32,000 bases of DNA from Promethearchaeota archaeon. Its GTDB lineage: Archaea > Asgardarchaeota > Lokiarchaeia > Sigyniarchaeales > Promethearchaeaceae. Under the pieces are notes generated by a model. The model saw only the letters and a program-made list of their open reading frames with translations. It was not told the DNA's origin and made no database searches. The stretch spans positions 14,211 to 46,210 of the forward strand of contig JAFGBS010000026.1 in the NCBI GenBank assembly GCA_016933055.1, in the 5' to 3' direction. A program made the translations under genes and the position numbers. Positions within the stretch are counted from its first letter, which is position 1, and the number at the start of each line of letters is the position of its first letter. Below, piece after piece: positions 26,187-32,000 of the stretch.

Positions 26187-27617
26187 ATGACTAAGCAACT
26201 GCAAGAAAAATTAGAAAGAAGGGTTTCCGTGTATTCTATTATTCTGGTTGTTCTTGTTTCGATTATAAAAACTGTAATGATTTTTTTCACAAATAGTGTA
26301 TCCTATAGGGGAGAATTCATAGATTCGATAATAGATATTGCAATTGTTGGATTGACTTTCACCTCATTAAAATTCAGTCGCAAACCCGCAGATGCAGATC
26401 ACATGTATGGTCATTATAAAATTAATAGTTTCATGGGTATTATCGAATCTTTGTTGACTATGGGTCTTTATGGATATATATTTTATTCCGCAATTAGTGC
26501 AATACTCAAATTTGATGAATATACAGTTGAAAACCCATTATGGAGTATCTACTCGTTAATAGGTATAATAATAATAAATATTAGCCTTTCATCTCAAATT
26601 GTCAAGATTGGAAAAAAATTAGACAATGCTGTTATAAAATCCCAAGGAGTAAATTTCAGGGGGGATCTATTTCGGAATATAGCTGTTGTCGGTGCTCTAA
26701 TCGGTGCGTATTTTAACGTACACATAATGGATCCCATTTTGGCAATCTTAGCCGTCATATATGCATTTTATGAGTCAATTAAGATCATCAAAGTCTCTTT
26801 TAACGAATTAATTGATTATAATGCACTGGACCCCGATAGAATTGAGAAGACCAAGAATTTCATTATTTCTATTCCCGAAATCGCATCACTGCAACAATTC
26901 GCAATAAGAACAGTAGCAAAGAAACTCGAACTAGTCGTTAAACTTGTTCTGAAAACCCAAGATGCAATTAAAACGAATCAAATTATTTCTATAATTAAGA
27001 GATATGTAGAAGAACAGTTTAGAAGTTATGACATCAACTCCTTCATCGAGGTAAAACAAATCGAAGATGAAGAATCTTCTCCAATGAATGCCCTCATATT
27101 TGAGAAAATTAAAAAAATGAGGATGAATCACCATCTTCTACAAGATATTCATAATATTTCTATAGATCGCCTTCAGCAGATGGTATTAATCCAATTTCAT
27201 GTAAAGGTAAATAAGAATAAATCCCTGACTCAAATTCATTCAGTTGTTACACGCTTAGAGGAACAAATAAAAAATTCACTCATGGAAGAATTCCCCAATA
27301 TCCCTATTGAAATTCTTTCACATATCGAACCGACAGAAGACATGAATTCAATAACTCCATTCTCAGGCTCAGAAAAACTTGAGGATATTGATAAAAATAT
27401 AAGAGAAATTGTCAAAAGAATACCAAAAATAGCTGCCTTCAAAACTATGAATCTCCTTGAAGAAGCCAAAGGATATTTTCTTTCCATAATAATTTATGTT
27501 GATGGAGAAATGACCATATTTGATGCTCATTTGATTGCGGAGATGCTCGAACTCAGCTTAAGACAATCTATTCCTGAATTACATGATTGTATTATTCATA
27601 CTGAACCCCTACAATAA
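26187..27617 (+). CDS. Cation diffusion facilitator (CDF) with three C-terminal ZT_dimer-like domains
   Basis: KPADADHMYGHYK, MDPILAI; repeated C-terminal domains ending FIEV, ILSHIEP and IIHTEP. The track starts at TTG 26172. Confidence 0.85.
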   Translation: MTKQLQEKLERRVSVYSIILVVLVSIIKTVMIFFTNSVSYRGEFIDSIIDIAIVGLTFTSLKFSRKPADADHMYGHYKINSFMGIIESLLTMGLYGYIFYSAISAILKFDEYTVENPLWSIYSLIGIIIINISLSSQIVKIGKKLDNAVIKSQGVNFRGDLFRNIAVVGALIGAYFNVHIMDPILAILAVIYAFYESIKIIKVSFNELIDYNALDPDRIEKTKNFIISIPEIASLQQFAIRTVAKKLELVVKLVLKTQDAIKTNQIISIIKRYVEEQFRSYDINSFIEVKQIEDEESSPMNALIFEKIKKMRMNHHLLQDIHNISIDRLQQMVLIQFHVKVNKNKSLTQIHSVVTRLEEQIKNSLMEEFPNIPIEILSHIEPTEDMNSITPFSGSEKLEDIDKNIREIVKRIPKIAAFKTMNLLEEAKGYFLSIIIYVDGEMTIFDAHLIAEMLELSLRQSIPELHDCIIHTEPLQ

Positions 27618-27644
27618 AAATAAAAAAAATGTACTGTTAATTTC

Positions 27645-29891
27645 CTATTTTTTCTGGAAAAAAATTCCCTTATCGATTAATTTCAAAATTGACTCACCAT
27701 ATTCCATTTGAAATCCTTTCTTTTCTGAAAATAACTGAGATACGTAGAAATAATCAGTTTTATTCTGTTTCATAATCGATTTAACTCGTTGCACAATAGT
27801 TTTTTGGGTAGGAGTTAACCGTGTTTTTCGGGTCAGATTTAATTTTAAAGGATAAATCAAGCCGGTATTTAGATGTTTAGAGATAAAATAGTTCAAATTT
27901 TTGAATGCCGTAGTTTTTCCCATGAAATTCTCAAGATGGGCGTGATATTTCTCCTCAATTTCTTCAGATAAATTTTTTACCGCATCAACGAAGTCTTGGG
28001 AGGGAGCATCTTTCATAATCAGCGTGGTTCTGAGATTTTTAAATTCCGCCATAATAATTTTCGAATTTTGATACTCCAATTTAATAGTTTGAGATTCCCG
28101 ATCACTATTTGTGAGTTCTATTCCAAATGATCTAATTGCTTGTAAAAATCCAGTTATTAAAGATGCGGATATTCCTTTGCCACTAATACTTTCATCATAA
28201 ATATCTAATCCCGTCCTTTTGTCTGCAATAATTATGTGTTCTAAATTCAACACATCTTGATATTTATTATAAATTTTTTGTCTTACGGCTTCCTTCTTTC
28301 TTCTTGAGCTCTTGATACTTTGAACGGTAAGAACACCGACAATAGGGAGCGATATCGATCCAGTAACTATTAGTACTAGTTCCGTTTTTGTAAAGGAGAA
28401 CGGAATTATTATATTATATTCCTGTACAACTAATCCCGCATCTGTATGGTTATTCCAATAAATCAAAGCGTAATATCTTCCCTCTATAGGGTTATTGGAG
28501 ATTTCATAATTGAATAGATTTTGGATTGCAGTAACTCTTGTTTCATTATAAAATAGGAAACCTGACGAATCTATAAATATAAATGTCAAATTTCCGGATT
28601 GGTGAGGTGCATTAACCGAGAATCCAATTAGCTGCCCGGGTTCGTACGTCGATTGTTGGATGGTTATTCCAAATTGTAAGTTGGGAGAATTAGCACTTAT
28701 TTGCCATGAGGATCCGGAAAGAATAGTCTCATTATAGATTTTAATAATATTATTGATCTCATCAATATTAACTTCTGTACTGATATCTTGGTTATTACGT
28801 AATATCTCTAAATTTGTCCAACTATCTGGATAACGAAATTCTATTGAATAATTGTAATGCTCAGATGTGCGTTGAAGATTTGGAAACATATTCCACTGAA
28901 TAGTTGTTCCTTGTTGAATTACAATTTGAGCCGGTGAAAAGAAATTATTTATCAGATTAATTCTATAACCTAATTCGAATTCCATTTCTACTGAGATATT
29001 GTTTTCAACTGGAATTTCCAAAGTAGTATTAGTTAGATTTAAATTCAAATCTGGTATGTTTAGAACACCGGTCCCTGCAACTGAACCGTTAGAAATTGTA
29101 TATTTTGTTGCATTAATTACAGCGGTCATGTTAATATCTTCCGGGTTGTATGATCGATTTACTTTTTGAATCAATTTATACCGATAGGGACTGCCTATTG
29201 TTCCAGTTGACCATGAGGTATCAAAATGAGATGTATGCAGATCGGGATATAGGGGGTCATCGTCATTATAAGTCCATATATGAATTGATTTATCTTGAGG
29301 TAGTATGCCGGATCCATTAAACACTAAATAATATTGACCCGGAGACAAAGCAATAGCGGAGGGAAACATCTGAGTGTACCATGTGAATGACTTTGACATA
29401 TTAAGGGGGGTTTCCGCTAAAATGGTCCCATTTGGTGTATCCGGTCCTAAATTATATCCCTGTATTTGTATATAAAGCGGATTTATGGGGACACCCTCTT
29501 GAAGTGCTCCATGAATTTCTACACCAAATAATTCAGTCGGTTCATTAATTTCAATCTCTGCACCAAGAGCGTAAAGTCCTTTTTTGATTTCATCCCAGCC
29601 ATTTCCACCATCTTCAATAATTTTAATTTCCCTTTCTAATTTTATTTCACTAAAGTTCATCTCGATTCCCGTAACTGTCCATCGATCGGAACCAATTGGA
29701 ATATTGATAGTCTGGTTCACATGGATGTTATCGATATTGTCTGAATATTCAGTAAACTCATAAAAATCATTAATTTGGAATTGTCGACTGTAGTTTTGTG
29801 CTGTGACATTAAATACACCTAATACGAAAAAAATTAAGATGATATTTAAGGCAATTACCGAAATTTTGAGTTTTTTCTGAATGATACTCAT
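27645..29891 (-). CDS. Single-pass membrane protein: beta-rich ectodomain, TM, cytoplasmic longin-like domain
   Basis: Signal/TM at the N-terminus, TM at LVLIVTGSISLPIVGVLTV, then LEHIIIADKRTGLDIY...LITGFLQAIRSFGIEL...IKLEY, a longin-like beta-beta-alpha-beta pattern. Confidence 0.7.
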   Translation of the reverse strand: MSIIQKKLKISVIALNIILIFFVLGVFNVTAQNYSRQFQINDFYEFTEYSDNIDNIHVNQTINIPIGSDRWTVTGIEMNFSEIKLEREIKIIEDGGNGWDEIKKGLYALGAEIEINEPTELFGVEIHGALQEGVPINPLYIQIQGYNLGPDTPNGTILAETPLNMSKSFTWYTQMFPSAIALSPGQYYLVFNGSGILPQDKSIHIWTYNDDDPLYPDLHTSHFDTSWSTGTIGSPYRYKLIQKVNRSYNPEDINMTAVINATKYTISNGSVAGTGVLNIPDLNLNLTNTTLEIPVENNISVEMEFELGYRINLINNFFSPAQIVIQQGTTIQWNMFPNLQRTSEHYNYSIEFRYPDSWTNLEILRNNQDISTEVNIDEINNIIKIYNETILSGSSWQISANSPNLQFGITIQQSTYEPGQLIGFSVNAPHQSGNLTFIFIDSSGFLFYNETRVTAIQNLFNYEISNNPIEGRYYALIYWNNHTDAGLVVQEYNIIIPFSFTKTELVLIVTGSISLPIVGVLTVQSIKSSRRKKEAVRQKIYNKYQDVLNLEHIIIADKRTGLDIYDESISGKGISASLITGFLQAIRSFGIELTNSDRESQTIKLEYQNSKIIMAEFKNLRTTLIMKDAPSQDFVDAVKNLSEEIEEKYHAHLENFMGKTTAFKNLNYFISKHLNTGLIYPLKLNLTRKTRLTPTQKTIVQRVKSIMKQNKTDYFYVSQLFSEKKGFQMEYGESILKLIDKGIFFQKK

Positions 29892-30021
29892 CCCTCCTGT
29901 TATTATGGAAATGATAAGGATATCAATTCCTTAATGAATTACATAATATTTTAAAAAAAACTCCCCTATAATCCGATTCTTTGAGAAAAAATCTTAGAAA
30001 AATTCGATAAAAAAAAAGTGA

Positions 30022-31095
30022 TTAATCCATAGGATGTAGCACAAATGCAGTTACCAAATCACAAGCTGCTACTAAGTCCATTCGATCAATAATAGTACAT
30101 GGACTGTGGATGTACCGTCCAGGGACGCTAACTACTCCTGATGGTACTCCATGTTTGGTAATATGAATTACACCAGCATCCGTTCCCCCACCGGAAGGAG
30201 TTTTAATCTGATATGGAATTTTTTCACTTTCTGCGATTTTTATTAAGCGCTCTCTGACTTTTTTAGATGCAATCATGGAATTGTCCATAAGAGTAATTGC
30301 AGCACCTTTTCCCATTAAAGAGGGAGACATGTAAGGTGCAACTCCTGGAACACCTGCTGCTGTAGTGTTTTCACAAGCTAATGCCATGATAATGTTAAAT
30401 TTTTCCATGACTGTGAATGCGGATGTGCGTGCACCACGAGCTCCCACTTCCTCTTGAGTTGACCATGTAAAACAAACCGTATGGGAGCGCTTTTTGTTGG
30501 CTATGTTTATTGCTGTTTGAATGAGTACATTGCAACCGCTTCTGTCATCAAATGCTTTTCCTTTCAATTTTCCATTTACTAACTCTTGAAATCCCGAGTA
30601 CGCTGTGGCAACACTCCCAACAATAATTCCCTCTTCATTTGCTTCTTTTTTAGATATAAATCCAAAATCTATGAACATTTGCTCTATGGGTACTGGTTTA
30701 GTACGCTCTTCCACTTTTGTTATGTGGGGGGGTAATGCTCCAATCACTCCATGGATGCGTTTTCCTATCGGTTCCGCAATAACACTTTGTCCTAATAAAG
30801 TACGAGGGTCCCACCCGCCCAAAGATGTAAACCGGCAGAATCCTTTCTCGTCAACATGAGTTATCATAAATCCAATTTCATCTGTATGTGCGTCTAATAA
30901 AACACCATCTTCTGATTCCCCTTTCATAATACCGATGAGATTTCCATTCACATCCACCCACAATTCATTCATTATATCCTTTACTTCATTTTGGATGAAT
31001 TCTACGACTTTTTCTTCATGTCCCGATACCCCTAATATTTCCGAGAGTTGTTTTTGACGTTCAACAATTTTCGAAATATATTCTTCTCTTTCCAT
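30022..31095 (-). CDS. M42 family metallo-aminopeptidase (TET/FrvX-like)
   Basis: GVSGHE, LLDAHTDEIG, GKAFDDRSG, QEEVGARGA, GGGTDAG, RYIHSP. ATG 31095 preferred over GTG 31104. Confidence 0.92.
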   Translation of the reverse strand: MEREEYISKIVERQKQLSEILGVSGHEEKVVEFIQNEVKDIMNELWVDVNGNLIGIMKGESEDGVLLDAHTDEIGFMITHVDEKGFCRFTSLGGWDPRTLLGQSVIAEPIGKRIHGVIGALPPHITKVEERTKPVPIEQMFIDFGFISKKEANEEGIIVGSVATAYSGFQELVNGKLKGKAFDDRSGCNVLIQTAINIANKKRSHTVCFTWSTQEEVGARGARTSAFTVMEKFNIIMALACENTTAAGVPGVAPYMSPSLMGKGAAITLMDNSMIASKKVRERLIKIAESEKIPYQIKTPSGGGTDAGVIHITKHGVPSGVVSVPGRYIHSPCTIIDRMDLVAACDLVTAFVLHPMD

Positions 31096-31208
31096 ATTCT
31101 TCACGTACTTGCCTATGATATCTTTTTTTTTGAGACTTTTAATGATGTGGATTTCATTTTTGAGATTTGTTTTAGTTATGGAAAAAATTCACAGAAATAA
31201 GGAGGAGT

Positions 31209-31913
31209 TTATTTTGGAGATGGTATGGATGTATATAATGCATTAATAGCAGGAGTAGAAATATCTGATTTCTTAACAAGGCGTTGGAATTCTTCTGCAA
31301 TTTGACGCATTTCATCAATAGCATGATCAGCATGCCCTTTCATAGCTATATCGAACCATTTCCAAGTATATATCTCTCTTATTTTCTTTTTCAGTAATTT
31401 TGGTGCATATCTCACTAATCGTAACTTTTTCGGTAATATCGGGTAATGTAACTTTCTCAGAACTATGATTCCCTCAATTATTGCATTTGCTACGAGATCA
31501 AATATTTCCGTTGCTTCAAGTAAGGACTTATTTTGAGATTTTAGCATATAATGGGCATTGGCTAACGGACTTATCAACGCAATGTGCGATTTTAACCACG
31601 CATCAACATTTTTGCTTACAATAACGGGAATCCCCGCTTCTTCGAAGAAATTTTTTATCTTATATAATCGTGCCGTGAATTTTCCAGAGGGTCCCCCAAT
31701 AGTAATGTGGGATTTTTCAGGATCGAAGACTACTCGCATAACGTGCTTATCACGCTTACCCGCTGCTCCAGGAAAACCCAAAAGTATTCGCTCTGGGTTT
31801 ATATATTTTTCATATTCTTCTATCCCTGTTCCATTATTTCCTAAAAAAACCACAGTTGCATTTGTGGAATGCTTTGCCAAATCTGGCAAGATGTCAGCCA
31901 CTTGATTTTTTTG
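31209..31913 (-). pseudogene. panE: Ketopantoate reductase (PanE/ApbA) family gene lacking its N-terminal part
   Basis: The frame reads QKNQVADILPDLA...FLGNN...RILLGFPGAAG...WLKSHIALI. The family normally has roughly 70-80 more N-terminal residues including the GxGxxG Rossmann motif. In-frame TAG at 31916-31914, and none of the three upstream minus-strand frames resembles the missing part. Confidence 0.75.
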
Positions 31914-31998
31914 CTAATCAACATCTATTCTACCCAATAGATCGTAAAAATCAATTTTTCAACTTAAAACTATCATAAAACAGCGTGAAACGTAAAAA
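31914..31998. repeat. Dispersed bipartite motif, copy B
   Basis: Same blocks and spacing as 1975-2059; internal hairpin ATCTATT/AATAGAT at 31923-31942. May continue past the window edge. Confidence 0.75.
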
Positions 31999-32000
31999 CA

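Overview
AT-rich archaeal window, most likely from an Asgard (Lokiarchaeia-like) genome. This is inferred from a Rab/Roc-like small GTPase, single-pass surface proteins (one with a longin-like cytoplasmic tail), a SIR2-TPR protein and a UxxC peroxiredoxin-like gene with a eukaryote-type SECIS candidate. It holds about 25 mostly unlinked housekeeping/accessory genes: acyltransferase, sulfatase, beta-hydroxyacid dehydrogenase, vapBC, CopB, two cold-shock proteins, MFS, GH13, CDF, M42 peptidase and a truncated panE. No rRNA, tRNA, CRISPR array or transposase was seen. Main signals not shown by the ORF track: (1) the 111-aa ORF at 20436 is probably the 3' part of a 170-aa selenoprotein (in-frame TGA at 20406) with a SECIS-like hairpin 19 nt past its stop; (2) an intergenic array of hairpins sharing CCTAT/ATAGG stems at about 1750-2240; (3) a bipartite motif with a fixed 31-nt variable spacer, found inside that array and again exactly at the breakpoint where panE is 5'-truncated; (4) a CorA-like 2TM protein fused to an ADP-ribose-type Nudix domain; (5) a 59-aa possible truncated histone-fold ORF; (6) homologous long 5' leaders on the tandem csp genes. 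All family calls are from motif recognition by eye, with no database searches.
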